A stretch of 64,000 nt of DNA from Candidatus Saccharimonadales bacterium (GCA_035478775.1 DATIJG010000008.1:56354-120353); one strand, 5' to 3'; shown: positions 1 to 9,294, counted from the first letter of the stretch. Numbers and translations are program-made. The notes: generated from the sequence alone by a model not told the origin.

Positions 1-790
1 GAGTCGCAGCCTTGAACCAAAATCCTGCGAGCCAGTGCAGCGCTGCTTTGTCTAATCGGCTCGCGTGGTCTTTTATGCCGAAGCCCGTTTTATGGACATG
101 CACAAGAAAAGCATTTACATCAATGCGGCGATCGCCCAGCTGTGCCCAGTTCCAGTCAATAAGCTTTACTGTTCGCCGGCTCTCGTTCCAGGCACAGTTA
201 TCAGCACGCACGTCATTGTGCACTAAAGTCGTGCGCTCAAATATAAATTTTGAACTTAGTTGAGCATTGGCGTCAAAATCAAGCCCATCCGCAATGTCAT
301 GTCGGTTTACAGCTATTAGCTTGTTGCATAATGCATGCTGTAATTCTTGGCTTTCGCGCAAGGGGCGCCAACCGTCTGCGGTTTCGCTAATAAACGACTT
401 TTCAAAGAGCGGCATATACTCGCTGCCAAGGGAAATCTCAGCAAGCGAATCCATAGCCCTAAGAGTCTCATCAAGGCGCTCCGTAGTCCAGTTATCAGAC
501 CAATCCCAATCATTCTGTAACGGCTCCAGGGCAAACGCTGTTTCATCGTCATTAACTGCAATAAGTTTTGGGATAAAAGGATAATTTGCCCTTTGCAGGA
601 AACGATAGACTAATATTTCCTTATGCGCCCATTGTTTAGTTAGGTCATCGTGGCCAATTTTAACAAACAGCTTTTGGCTGTCAGGCAGCGCAATAATACC
701 TCGTTGTGCTGTCGTGTAACCGCCAGATGTTTCAGCAAGCGTGGGCAAAGCGGCTTTGATGTCACTCCAAGAAGTAGTGTCCATACTCAT
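1..790 (-). CDS. APH/choline-kinase-type phosphotransferase, 3' end runs off the window
   Basis: Absent from the ORF track because there is no stop inside the window. My translation from ATG at 790 (MSMDTTSWSDIKAALP...) stays open to nt 1 (>260 codons). It contains the catalytic loop HNDVRADN (HxDxxxxN) followed by KLIDWNW. Confidence 0.7.
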   Translation of the reverse strand, partial: MSMDTTSWSDIKAALPTLAETSGGYTTAQRGIIALPDSQKLFVKIGHDDLTKQWAHKEILVYRFLQRANYPFIPKLIAVNDDETAFALEPLQNDWDWSDNWTTERLDETLRAMDSLAEISLGSEYMPLFEKSFISETADGWRPLRESQELQHALCNKLIAVNRHDIADGLDFDANAQLSSKFIFERTTLVHNDVRADNCAWNESRRTVKLIDWNWAQLGDRRIDVNAFLVHVHKTGFGIKDHASRLDKAALHWLAGFWFKAAT

Positions 791-932
791 ATAGTAACAG
801 ATGATCAGTTCAAACGTCGTCACTCTGCCGGTAGGCAGGAATCGCGGCGAATACGCCTCGATTGTACGCTAGCTTTATATTTTTTTTGAAAGAAAGGTAT
901 AATAGTAAAAGTAATAAAACGTACAGGGGGGT

Positions 933-1802
933 ATGATGAAACGATTGTTTGTATCAAGTGCATTGGCTTTCGGCATACTAGTATTCGCATTGGTGTTTGC
1001 TGTGAACCCGGTGTTCGCGGCGCAAAGCCAACGTAGCGACGTAAATAATACATATGCGGCACTGGGAGATTCCGTGGCCGCCGGTTTTGGTTTGAGGCAG
1101 AGCAGTAGCGACCCGGCCGATGTTGCATGTGCCCGGTCTACCCAATCCTACCCGCATGACGTTGCCGCTGCACTACAGATGCCGCTCGATCATTTGGCAT
1201 GCACAGGAGCTTCGACCAACCAAGGTTTATATGGCTCGCAGCAAGTAACACAGTCGTTGACGCTCGCACCCCAAATTGATCAGGCGTTCGCGCACGGTAC
1301 GCCGCGACTTATGACCATTACCATCGGAGCTAATGATGTTCAGTGGAATAACTTCATTACAAAATGCTACGTAACTGGTTGCGGATCAACTCAAGACAAC
1401 ATTCAGTTTGAGGCGTTACTGTTGCAGCTGCGTGTACGGCTTTTTGTTGCGCTGGCTGACATCCGAATGCATAGCGGTAATAACAGTACACCCCGAGTAC
1501 TATTGACCGGTTATTACGCAGTGGTGTCCAACGACCAACCGCATTGCTCTGATACCGACGGCTTGACGAGTGCGGCTATTTCTTGGATCAATGACAAAGA
1601 GGTTGAACTAAACAATGTTATACGTCAGGCGACGATACCGTTTCCTTTTGTGCAATTTTTGCCTGTAAACTTTACCGGCCATGAGTTTTGTTCTTATGAG
1701 CCGTGGGTGCAGGGTTTGACTGCTCCGGCTCCGTTTCACCCAATCGCTATCGGGCAAGCCGCTATCGCGCAAAGCATACTGTCTGCTTACGGCAAAAACT
1801 AG
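933..1802 (+). CDS. Secreted SGNH/GDSL-family hydrolase
   Basis: 289-aa ORF. N-terminal signal peptide (MMKRLFVSSALAFGILVFALVFAVNPVFA), block I motif ALGDSVAAGFG, G-rich SD upstream. Confidence 0.75.
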   Translation: MMKRLFVSSALAFGILVFALVFAVNPVFAAQSQRSDVNNTYAALGDSVAAGFGLRQSSSDPADVACARSTQSYPHDVAAALQMPLDHLACTGASTNQGLYGSQQVTQSLTLAPQIDQAFAHGTPRLMTITIGANDVQWNNFITKCYVTGCGSTQDNIQFEALLLQLRVRLFVALADIRMHSGNNSTPRVLLTGYYAVVSNDQPHCSDTDGLTSAAISWINDKEVELNNVIRQATIPFPFVQFLPVNFTGHEFCSYEPWVQGLTAPAPFHPIAIGQAAIAQSILSAYGKN

Positions 1803-1818
1803 TACGGCAGGCGAAACG

Positions 1819-4107
1819 TCATACCCGGCTTTTTCGCCCATCGCGTACGCGCCAGCTCTCGTCATGCATTTCATCACCATCAGGATAGAAGCGATTCTCG
1901 CCCGGCCACGGTGCGTTAAACGGGCGTAGGTAGGCAGGCGTAGGAAGCGCACTCAATACCATACTGAGCTGTTCCGGATTAGGGTAGAGTGAGATTGTCT
2001 CGACAATTTCGTCGAACAGACAGAACATTTCATCCGTCGAAGCATTGGGCATATCGAGTACGAGCATATCACTCGGTAAGTCAAAGAAATCAACCTTAAA
2101 CGTTTCGCGTGCCCACCCCCAAGGCGGCTTGTACGGTGGAGGCGACGCACTTGGGACCAACATACCCAAAACTGACGAAGCTTGAGATGCCAGCGCACGC
2201 ACCGCTTCTCCATTTACAAGCCAACATCCACCGGCCTTCGCAACTCTAAGCGGCACGTCGCGCATGGCCGGCTGACCTTCGTTGAGCAAGGCCATAATAA
2301 TGGCATCGCCTACGGACTCATGAAGCAAAGCATCATGCTCCATTACAGTCGACACCGCATTGGCTGCCGTCAACGGCGCACTGTAAAATCGAGCAGAGGG
2401 AAAAAGAGCTTGGTAAGTTCGCGCCGCAAGCTTGCCCTGGAGACTTCCTTTTTCAATAGCATCTACTATATTGCCTCTCTGGTGGTGTGGTGTTTCTCGC
2501 TCCCATTTCTTTGGGTCATTGCCAAACGGGAAAACTTCGTAATCCGGAGAGCAGCGTAACCAATCAACAGTGCATTCATCTAATTGAGACGTCACTTCTT
2601 CCATCCTTGCCCTGTCTCTGTGATATATCTGATCAATTAACCCTCTTAACGCAAGCGGACGTGGCGCACAGTCTGGTAAGGGTTGAATATGTCCAGGGTC
2701 AAGAAGTTGGATTTCTATATCCCGCTGCGCTTCAGGGGTCGTATGCGTAACAGTTGCAAGGGTAATCTTTTCAGCCTCGATTATTTCAGCCGGCACGAGT
2801 TCGCTGATATCATCTGGCATCTTTATCTCGCCAGTAAGGAGACCTTCTGGATAGCCCTTCGCCATTTCTACTGTCCGAGCGATGGCTGGCAAGAATTCCT
2901 TTTGGTCTGAACAAAGCGGACTAGTGTCGCCATAAGCATCAGCAAATTGTTCCGGCGAACTTCGCTTGGTAAGGTTTCTGAGCTTTTCTGGGTTGCCACG
3001 ATGGGGGTAGTAGTCTCCTCCGCAGGCCTCGACAAGCGGACATGTCCGGCATGCGACAGGCAGCGTTCCCCGACCGCCACGCTGTGCAATATAACCCGGG
3101 TCGTTAGCCAACACATAGTCGACCGAATGATCGTATGGGTTAAATGCCGTCATATGCACACCACGGGCACCTGGCGCAAGGGTATCAATACGGCCCCAAC
3201 CTTGAGGATGCATGAACATTTCCTGCCATGCTCTGCCGGCTACGTTTTGTTGTTCAGCCAAACTACCATTAAACACTGCTTCATAATCATCCCAGCGAGG
3301 CACGGCAAACGGACGATCATGATCCTCGGGGTGATACAGTACCCAGTCGCGACAGCGCTCATAGGCACGTATCTGCCACTGGCCAAGAGACATCACATTT
3401 AGGTCACCTTTCGCCTCATTATCCATTTTAATAAGAGACGGGAAAAGTGATATGCTGTGGGGCTTCAACGCAGCTAAATCTTCAACGACCTCTTCGGGGT
3501 TGTTGCGCGGGTCGATAACACCCAGGATACCCCATGTTAACCCGCTGCGGCGTAATATATTTGCCGTATGCACGACGCGGTCATACACATCCTCGCCCTT
3601 TCGGCCGCGGCGATGCCTATTGAACGCCTCTCTACCACCATCAATACTAACTCCGACACTTATATTATGCCTCTGTAACATTGGTATGTGCTTCTCGATA
3701 TCTATCGTGCCATTCGTTTGTAGCGAGATACCGAGTTCACAGCTAAGAAGCGTCCGCAACGCTGTCGCTGCCTCGTCTATTTTCTTCGGATAAAGGAGTG
3801 CCTCACCACCATGCATAACAGCACGTACGACACTTAACTTACGCGTTGCGGCATGCTCTGCAATTCGCTCGGCATAACGCACAGTCGTCTCGCTGTCCAT
3901 AACAGCCGGTTTAACGTCTGGGTCATAATCTTCAAAAACATAGCAGTAGTTACAACCGGAATTTTTGTCTGCGTCAGTAATCCGCAAAAGTTTCGGCTTT
4001 GGCTTCAGATTGCAAACTTCTGGGCCAAATTTATAAACAAATTCGTCAACAGGCAAGTCAGACGGCAGGATCAGAAAATTCGGTTGTGGTTGATTTTCGA
4101 CTGACAT
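1819..4107 (-). CDS. Radical SAM/SPASM peptide maturase, FxsB-like, with ~330-aa C-terminal extension
   Basis: 762-aa ORF. GCNYCYV (CxxC part of the rSAM motif), HGGEALL (GGE SAM motif), SPASM/twitch block CRTCPLVEACGG. Divergent from an FxSxx-COOH small ORF. Confidence 0.7.
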   Translation of the reverse strand: MSVENQPQPNFLILPSDLPVDEFVYKFGPEVCNLKPKPKLLRITDADKNSGCNYCYVFEDYDPDVKPAVMDSETTVRYAERIAEHAATRKLSVVRAVMHGGEALLYPKKIDEAATALRTLLSCELGISLQTNGTIDIEKHIPMLQRHNISVGVSIDGGREAFNRHRRGRKGEDVYDRVVHTANILRRSGLTWGILGVIDPRNNPEEVVEDLAALKPHSISLFPSLIKMDNEAKGDLNVMSLGQWQIRAYERCRDWVLYHPEDHDRPFAVPRWDDYEAVFNGSLAEQQNVAGRAWQEMFMHPQGWGRIDTLAPGARGVHMTAFNPYDHSVDYVLANDPGYIAQRGGRGTLPVACRTCPLVEACGGDYYPHRGNPEKLRNLTKRSSPEQFADAYGDTSPLCSDQKEFLPAIARTVEMAKGYPEGLLTGEIKMPDDISELVPAEIIEAEKITLATVTHTTPEAQRDIEIQLLDPGHIQPLPDCAPRPLALRGLIDQIYHRDRARMEEVTSQLDECTVDWLRCSPDYEVFPFGNDPKKWERETPHHQRGNIVDAIEKGSLQGKLAARTYQALFPSARFYSAPLTAANAVSTVMEHDALLHESVGDAIIMALLNEGQPAMRDVPLRVAKAGGCWLVNGEAVRALASQASSVLGMLVPSASPPPYKPPWGWARETFKVDFFDLPSDMLVLDMPNASTDEMFCLFDEIVETISLYPNPEQLSMVLSALPTPAYLRPFNAPWPGENRFYPDGDEMHDESWRVRDGRKSRV

Positions 4108-4141
4108 ATACTAGTTATAGTATAAGGTATGGAGGGATTCA

Positions 4142-4378
4142 ATGAGTGTAGCCGAAGCAAATATAGCAGTTTTACCGTATCCGGTAGAGGTAGTCGATAA
4201 TGGCGTGATCGATCAAGTTCCCGGTGCAGAAATAGAAATTTCTGTTCCAGAGAACGCCGTTGCCGGTGCTGTCTACGATGGCGTTAGGAGAAGGCTCGCC
4301 GAGAGGGAACGCAAGCCTATCCAGTCAGGCAATAGCAATACCAATGGACATGCTAACGCCTTCCAGAGTGCTGTTTAG
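4142..4378 (+). CDS. FxsA-like RiPP precursor peptide (C-terminus ...NAFQSAV)
   Basis: 78-aa ORF with SD GGAGGG 6 nt upstream. Acidic N-terminal region. The last five residues F-Q-S-A-V match the FxSxx-COOH signature. Start is 34 nt from the maturase start. Confidence 0.6.
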   Translation: MSVAEANIAVLPYPVEVVDNGVIDQVPGAEIEISVPENAVAGAVYDGVRRRLAERERKPIQSGNSNTNGHANAFQSAV

Positions 4379-4436
4379 GGGCGAAGCCGGAGTCATAGCA
4401 ACCTTTCTTGGCTGAACGATGGTATTTTTTGATAGT

Positions 4437-5711
4437 TTAATGAATAATGATTTTGCCGCCCCCGGACACAACAAAGCTGCCGCCGCCTATTTCTACTGTA
4501 ACCCCTTTCTGCTCACGCATACCGGTGTATGTGGCTACTTCTTCTAGACCTGTAACGATTGGCTCAATGCTTCCTTGGCCCATTAGTATGGCTTGCCATA
4601 CTTTTTGAGCTTTTATCCGTGCTTGGGTGATTAGTCTCTCTTCTTGGTTAAAGGCTGGCCCAAGTTCGCGCCTCAAGTTTTGAAAGTATTCAGTATCAGG
4701 TCCATCAACCAGTGCCTTATAAACAATCGACGTAGCCGGCACTTCAGAATATACAAATGTACCACTGTCGATAAGCCCTCTATCCAATGCCTCGCGGATA
4801 CTTAGGCCGTGCATAAGAGGCAAGGGCGCGCCCTCCTGCTTATTCTCCTTGGCTCGTATCATGCCGATAAGGTCTGTTAGGCCCCAAGCCCGGCGATTTG
4901 TGTAACTGTATGTGAAGAACCCTTTATCTTCTGGCGCAAAGGCTGCATGAGTTGACGCTATACCGGATAGCCGCAAAAGTGTGTTGTTTGCGTCTAGTTT
5001 GTACGCAGGCAAATCGCGCTGCACGCCCTTTATTGTTGCCGGCCCGGTGTAGGCTAGTCGGTTTAAGAAATCTTGACGCGCAACAGATACTGGATCAAGC
5101 AGATCGAATACACCTTCAGTAGTGCACAGATCAACACACGTTTGCACGAACGGGGCTCCAAGAAGAGCGTGGCGCTCTACGCTTAACGGTGACATGCGCC
5201 TACTGCTATAGTACGCATAATGTGATGCTTCTGCTTCAGGTCGGCTAACAAATAGTTCTCCCCCTAAAGGAATGGCAGTGTCGGCAATCAAATCTCGTGC
5301 CTCTTGCTCTGTAATGCACCTGGAGGCTTCCAGCAAATTAAGTTCAGTTTCCGGCGCAACATAGTGCGCTGCATCGCCTCGTCCGTCGGATGCTTCAGGG
5401 AAATAAGCCGTAATGCTATAGGGATTCTGCAAGCTCAGAATGTGAGCATCGGCGGCAACCTGTATGCCGTGCTCATCCGCCGTGTACCGAACAGGCCTTG
5501 TGGCATTACCCTTTATTAGCGCAGCATCGATATCATAATCAGCACGCTGTTGGAGTAGCACAAACGCACTCCTTCCCAATGCATCAGATAACAATACCGG
5601 ATCTGGCCATGTATTGGTTCCTCCAAGTTCACCAACTGAGAACGAAGAGATAGGGCCTAGAGCGGCTAAACCCGCCTCAAATTGTTCCTTACCATATGAA
5701 CCGTCTGTCAT
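4437..5711 (-). CDS. Hypothetical protein (424 aa), no recognisable domain
   Basis: Long uninterrupted ORF, convergent with the FxsA-like ORF. C-terminus is Gly-rich (EIGGGSFVVSGGGKIIIH). Confidence 0.6.
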   Translation of the reverse strand: MTDGSYGKEQFEAGLAALGPISSFSVGELGGTNTWPDPVLLSDALGRSAFVLLQQRADYDIDAALIKGNATRPVRYTADEHGIQVAADAHILSLQNPYSITAYFPEASDGRGDAAHYVAPETELNLLEASRCITEQEARDLIADTAIPLGGELFVSRPEAEASHYAYYSSRRMSPLSVERHALLGAPFVQTCVDLCTTEGVFDLLDPVSVARQDFLNRLAYTGPATIKGVQRDLPAYKLDANNTLLRLSGIASTHAAFAPEDKGFFTYSYTNRRAWGLTDLIGMIRAKENKQEGAPLPLMHGLSIREALDRGLIDSGTFVYSEVPATSIVYKALVDGPDTEYFQNLRRELGPAFNQEERLITQARIKAQKVWQAILMGQGSIEPIVTGLEEVATYTGMREQKGVTVEIGGGSFVVSGGGKIIIH

Positions 5712-5784
5712 GCTATGTATCTTTCTGTGTGCTTAAGAATCTCTCGTTGCTACCCACAATGCCATCTTTTGGTATCTATAACCA

Positions 5785-5808
5785 TTTGATTATACAATAA
5801 TAATCAAA
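5785..5808 (-). promoter_or_regulatory. Extended -10 promoter (TGTATAAT) embedded in a 9-bp inverted repeat, upstream of the 424-aa gene
   Basis: Plus strand reads TTTGATTAT-acaata-ATAATCAAA (5785..5793 / 5800..5808). The reverse complement of 5789..5796 is TGTATAAT, about 75 nt upstream of the ATG at 5711. Confidence 0.4.
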
Positions 5809-6073
5809 CCTGCTGGCTATTTTTCATAGATTGCAGAGTTATGCCTGTCGTCGCTCTGCTCATAAACCAAAACGAAGAAGCAAAGATAATTACTTCTCTC
5901 AAAACAAAATTTCTGAAGAGAGGATAGCCGCACCAATAAAATAACGCTTAACTGTAGTATCCATTATCTCAATAATAACAAAATTAATAATTAATCCTCT
6001 TCAAAGAAATAGTATGGGCAAGATCACAGAAGAAAATAACCGAAATATAACTTTCAGCAATGGACTGAACTTC

Positions 6074-6117
6074 AGCTCGGATCTGAGGCGTGGCCTCTGT
6101 TATTCTGGCAGGGTAGG
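6074..6117 (-). repeat. tRNA-Trp 3'-end-like repeat, copy A1 (32-nt flank block + TGGCAGGGTAGG)
   Basis: 6074..6105 matches 28399..28430 at 28/32 nt. It is followed by TGGCAGGGTAGG (compare tRNA-Trp TGGCAGGGGAGA). Confidence 0.7.
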
Positions 6118-6221
6118 AGCGGTTTTGCTCGTCAATGACGCAGTGACGATTCCTTCGACACTGGCATGATAGAAGCATGGCACACTCATGGATCCATCAT
6201 AGCAGATCAGGTTGAAATCCT

Positions 6222-6254
6222 TGGCGCGCACAGGACTCGAACCAAACTTTAAGG
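6222..6254 (-). repeat. tRNA 3' remnant, copy A2 (CCA end, shortened acceptor, T-arm)
   Basis: TGGCGCGCACAGGACTCGAACCAAACTTTAAGG. The 20-nt ACAGGACTCGAACCAAACTT (6230..6249) is identical to 28344..28363. No 5' half, so no cloverleaf. Confidence 0.7.
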
Positions 6255-6255
6255 T

Positions 6256-6972
6256 TCAAACTTCAGGCTGAAACTTATTCCGACTCCAATGCCAAAGCAC
6301 AGGATGAACTTGCGACGGACTTATGCCGCTGCCTTTTAACAGCTCCTTCCAGGCGGCTTCGGCTTGCGGCGCAGTAGGCCCAGCCGGCGTTACTCCTAGG
6401 TGAACACTGCATTGTAAAACGTGCGTGTCGGGAATAATCGATATTTCCTGCGCATTCTTGAACTGGACATCTGTAAAGCGCGATAGAATAAACGGCCAAT
6501 AATTAGATAGCTTAGGGCCAGAAAGGTAGGGGAAGCGCTTTCGATGTGTTTTTTGCAAAAGTGTAATGAGTTGACCAGCATCATGGTTTGCTTCCTTAAG
6601 GATATTTCGAGGGTCATCTTTATAGTAGTTGTGCAGTGTTTGAGCTATTGTCGTCCAAATGAGCGTATGTTTGTTCGGCTGTAAGGCAAGTTTATGTTTT
6701 ACAAGATCGGCACGAATTTGTTCTATAGGTGTTTTCGCCAAACGTTCCGGAAAAAAGACATACCTGGTTGCTTCATCTTCCCAGGTGGCAAGCGCAGCAG
6801 CCCACATAGCTGGTGAACTACGCTGGAAGTTAATACAAACTGGCAGGGTGAAATAAAGGTAGTTTTCTCGACTATCGAGTGAAAGTTTAGGATTAACCTC
6901 GTGCTGTGCAAGCGTTGGGATAAGACCTTGCTCATATAGTGCAAGAAGATGTTTGACTTTCTCTAGTTGCAT
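6256..6972 (-). CDS. HhH-GPD superfamily (endonuclease III-like) DNA glycosylase-like protein
   Basis: I trimmed the start to MQLEKVKH (ATG 6972) because the track start overlaps the upstream gene. Motifs: LSGPKLSNYW (hairpin-helix region) and IIPDTHVLQCSVHLGV (compare VDTHVxRvxxRLG). Confidence 0.55.
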   Translation of the reverse strand: MQLEKVKHLLALYEQGLIPTLAQHEVNPKLSLDSRENYLYFTLPVCINFQRSSPAMWAAALATWEDEATRYVFFPERLAKTPIEQIRADLVKHKLALQPNKHTLIWTTIAQTLHNYYKDDPRNILKEANHDAGQLITLLQKTHRKRFPYLSGPKLSNYWPFILSRFTDVQFKNAQEISIIPDTHVLQCSVHLGVTPAGPTAPQAEAAWKELLKGSGISPSQVHPVLWHWSRNKFQPEV

Positions 6973-6979
6973 ATTCTTG

Positions 6980-7627
6980 CTATACCTTTCTGACTCGCGC
7001 GGGTTTATTGCTTTGCTCTTGATCAGGGTGTTTATGCTGTAAATATGCCTGATACTCGTGGTCGTGTTCAATGATGTTTTTAAGCGCTTCACGGATAACT
7101 TTAGTGCGGCTTTTATGCTTTACGAACTGTGCCCAGTCTAGATAGCGACGCTCTCGACCACTCAGCACCAAATGGAAACGATTCTTCTCAGCGCCATCAG
7201 CGTAGGTATTAATAAAAGTCTGTAAAACATCGACCAAAGTATCTGGTGTATATTCAGCCACCTGCAGCAAATCTGATTCGATGCCATGTATAAACATCTG
7301 GTTAAAGTGTTTATGTTTTTTGCGTTGCCAGAGAACGAGAGTGGGTTTACGTATTTGGAGCGCCAGAGTAATCTGATGGCCGGTGCTAAAGTTAGAAACC
7401 GTATCTTCGATAACCACGAGCTCAGCTTCGCGGATCGCTTCAACGCAGGCCTTATAAATATTCTTTATATTTGGCAGCTCAGTGTTGCCGGCCTGCATAT
7501 GCTTTTCAGTTTCTTCAAGCCAGTCACGCGTCAGAATATGTTCTTTTGCTAGGTAGTCGCGGATTGCATAGTAACTATCACGATACTCAGCGAGTTCAGC
7601 AGTCGAACAAGAGAAATAGATCTTCAT
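6980..7627 (-). CDS. Nucleoside 2-deoxyribosyltransferase/TIR-like flavodoxin-fold domain fused to a C-terminal ribbon-helix-helix-like segment
   Basis: 215 aa. MKIYFSCS... then EAELVVIEDTVSNFSTGHQITLALQIRKPTLVL, which fits the NDT/TIR-like pattern but lacks the catalytic Glu. The C-terminus NRFHLVLSGRERRYLDWAQFVKHKSRTKVIREAL resembles CopG/RHH. Confidence 0.4.
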   Translation of the reverse strand: MKIYFSCSTAELAEYRDSYYAIRDYLAKEHILTRDWLEETEKHMQAGNTELPNIKNIYKACVEAIREAELVVIEDTVSNFSTGHQITLALQIRKPTLVLWQRKKHKHFNQMFIHGIESDLLQVAEYTPDTLVDVLQTFINTYADGAEKNRFHLVLSGRERRYLDWAQFVKHKSRTKVIREALKNIIEHDHEYQAYLQHKHPDQEQSNKPARVRKV

Positions 7628-7843
7628 ACAATCGTAGCATACGCTATACGTCTTTTATGTGCAATATGTGCATATGGATATATAGACTTACTATTTCAAA
7701 GGAAAATCACAAAAGACGGCGGATATCGAACCACATTAGGATTAGCCTTTCATCGCATGCTGAAACGAGCAATATGATGAATTCTGGTTTGATTGGACCA
7801 GACGGCGAAATAGTAAACAAAATTGAACGCGAGGAAGGCAACT

Positions 7844-7900
7844 TGACAGTCCTAGCCGGACTTCTCTCGAACCGATAACAGGGATAGAATGAAGCCCAGG
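7844..7900 (-). repeat. tRNA-3'-end-like repeat, copy B
   Basis: TTGACAGTCCTAGCCGGACTTCTCTCGAACCGATAACAGGG...GAAGCCCAGG. Aligns with copies at 9206.. and 23110... Hairpin AGTCC-TAGCC-GGACT. Confidence 0.6.
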
Positions 7901-7973
7901 TTATTGACATTACGCTGCCACCTTGTTATTATCTTAGATATCAAGACGAAGAGAGTTCCGAACGGTTAGTTGC

Positions 7974-8501
7974 CTAAGGAGCTCTTTTCTTTTTGTCGTG
8001 ATGAGTGATCTTTTTCTTTACACCTGCGTCATCTAAATAAGCAAAATACGGTGCACCAATCTGCTTATAAAGAGATGAGCGAAACTTTTTATTTGGGAAA
8101 AGTATCTTTTCAAACCGGTCTTCTTCAATTAGATAATCAACAAGCATCTTATAATCACCATCCCCAGAAACAAGTACGACTTTATCAAAGTCCGGATCTT
8201 TTTGAAGCCGTTTCATTACAGAAAAGATAATGTCTGAATCAACATTGCCCTTCTTATTGCCAATCATAGCTGCATTATGCTGTCTGAAAACGAGAATAAA
8301 ACCGGCGTTCTGAATAGCTTCGTACAGGTGTTCAATCTCTGCACCTTCTTGTACATATCCTAAGTAGTAAAAAGCCTTTTCGACATGGTACTTCTCGCGT
8401 AAATAAACTCGAAACTTAGGCAGGTCGATTTTCCATGCTGGACCAGCGCTGGCCGTGCCGAGGTGGAGGTTCTGACCGTCAATATAACAGTAGTTCTTCA
8501 T
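7974..8501 (-). CDS. NYN (LabA-like) domain protein, predicted RNase
   Basis: 175 aa. N-terminal YIDGQNLHLG and VLVSGDGDYKMLVDYL motifs typical of NYN/LabA. Confidence 0.65.
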   Translation of the reverse strand: MKNYCYIDGQNLHLGTASAGPAWKIDLPKFRVYLREKYHVEKAFYYLGYVQEGAEIEHLYEAIQNAGFILVFRQHNAAMIGNKKGNVDSDIIFSVMKRLQKDPDFDKVVLVSGDGDYKMLVDYLIEEDRFEKILFPNKKFRSSLYKQIGAPYFAYLDDAGVKKKITHHDKKKRAP

Positions 8502-8516
8502 GGCATTATTATAACA

Positions 8517-9083
8517 TTAGTTGATTGGCAAATTTTCCGCGTAGGGTAAGCCGTGCATGTATCTAATATATGTATGAGCAGCTTTTAAAAATGTTAGATC
8601 GCGCTCATGGATAAACTTGCCACCATAGTCGTCAGGTGCATCTTGCTCAAGAAGGTTAATCGCATCGGCTGTATCTTTTGCCCAGACAAGGGCAACGCCT
8701 TCACTCAATTCTTTTCCGGTAAAATCAGGCCTATTCATCTCGCCGACTTGCTTAGCAAGATAACAATACGAGGTCTGCTTTTGGTTCCATTCATCACGGT
8801 ATTCGATTATTTCGCCAAGCTCATCCGTAATTTCTGCTCGGCAACCAATCTCTTCTAATAGCTCTCGCTCAAGCGCCTGCTTAATGTCTTCATTGTTCTC
8901 AACACCGCCGCCAGGCAATTTGTGATAGTTATATTTTCCTACGTGAAGCAGTGCAACTCTGCCATTCCCGCCAGTCACAATTGCTCTCGCCGCATGGCGC
9001 TCACCAAAGCCGGTAGAATCTTTATCTTTAGCATTAGGAACTATTTCAGAGTGGCGAATCTCACACAGTAATTTCATAGTCAC
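8517..9083 (-). CDS. NUDIX hydrolase
   Basis: 188 aa. Nudix box GGGVENNEDIKQALERELLEEIGC (GX5EX7REUXEEXGU). 15 nt upstream of the NYN gene on the same strand. Confidence 0.8.
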   Translation of the reverse strand: MTMKLLCEIRHSEIVPNAKDKDSTGFGERHAARAIVTGGNGRVALLHVGKYNYHKLPGGGVENNEDIKQALERELLEEIGCRAEITDELGEIIEYRDEWNQKQTSYCYLAKQVGEMNRPDFTGKELSEGVALVWAKDTADAINLLEQDAPDDYGGKFIHERDLTFLKAAHTYIRYMHGLPYAENLPIN

Positions 9084-9154
9084 AGTTTAGCAGAAGTTAG
9101 TTTGATCATCGACTTTCTACCGGAAAACGGGACTTTGGCTAAGACTACTAGAAG

Positions 9155-9262
9155 AATCCGAGTATTTTTCAACTCGGATTTGAGGCGTGACCTATGTTAT
9201 TCGTTTTGGCAGCCCTGGCTGGGCTTTTCTCGAACCGATAACGGCGGGAGAGTGAAGCCAGG
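9155..9262 (-). repeat. tRNA-Trp 3'-end-like repeat, copy C (hairpin + 32-nt flank block + TGGCAG + T-arm-like part)
   Basis: 9171..9202 matches 28399..28430 at 30/32 nt. It is followed by TGGCAGCCCTGGCTGGGCTTTTCTCGAACCGATAACGG. The stem AGCCC/GGGCT covaries with AGTCC/GGACT in other copies. Confidence 0.7.
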
Positions 9263-9294
9263 TTCATAGCTAGTATCAAAGCCGCTAGCCTTCC

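Noticed and set aside
1819-2800. MEHDALLHE in the C-terminal extension of the FxsB-like protein as the HEXXH metalloprotease motif.
   Set aside because: The spacing is HxxxxH rather than HExxH, so I cannot claim a zinc-protease site from sequence alone.
6222-6254. The tRNA-like fragments (also 7844.., 9206.., 16228.., 23110.., 28344..) as functional tRNA genes.
   Set aside because: Only 3' acceptor/T-arm-like sequence is present. I could find no complementary 5' acceptor strand, D arm or anticodon arm, and the T stems do not pair. Only 28436..28511 folds as a cloverleaf.
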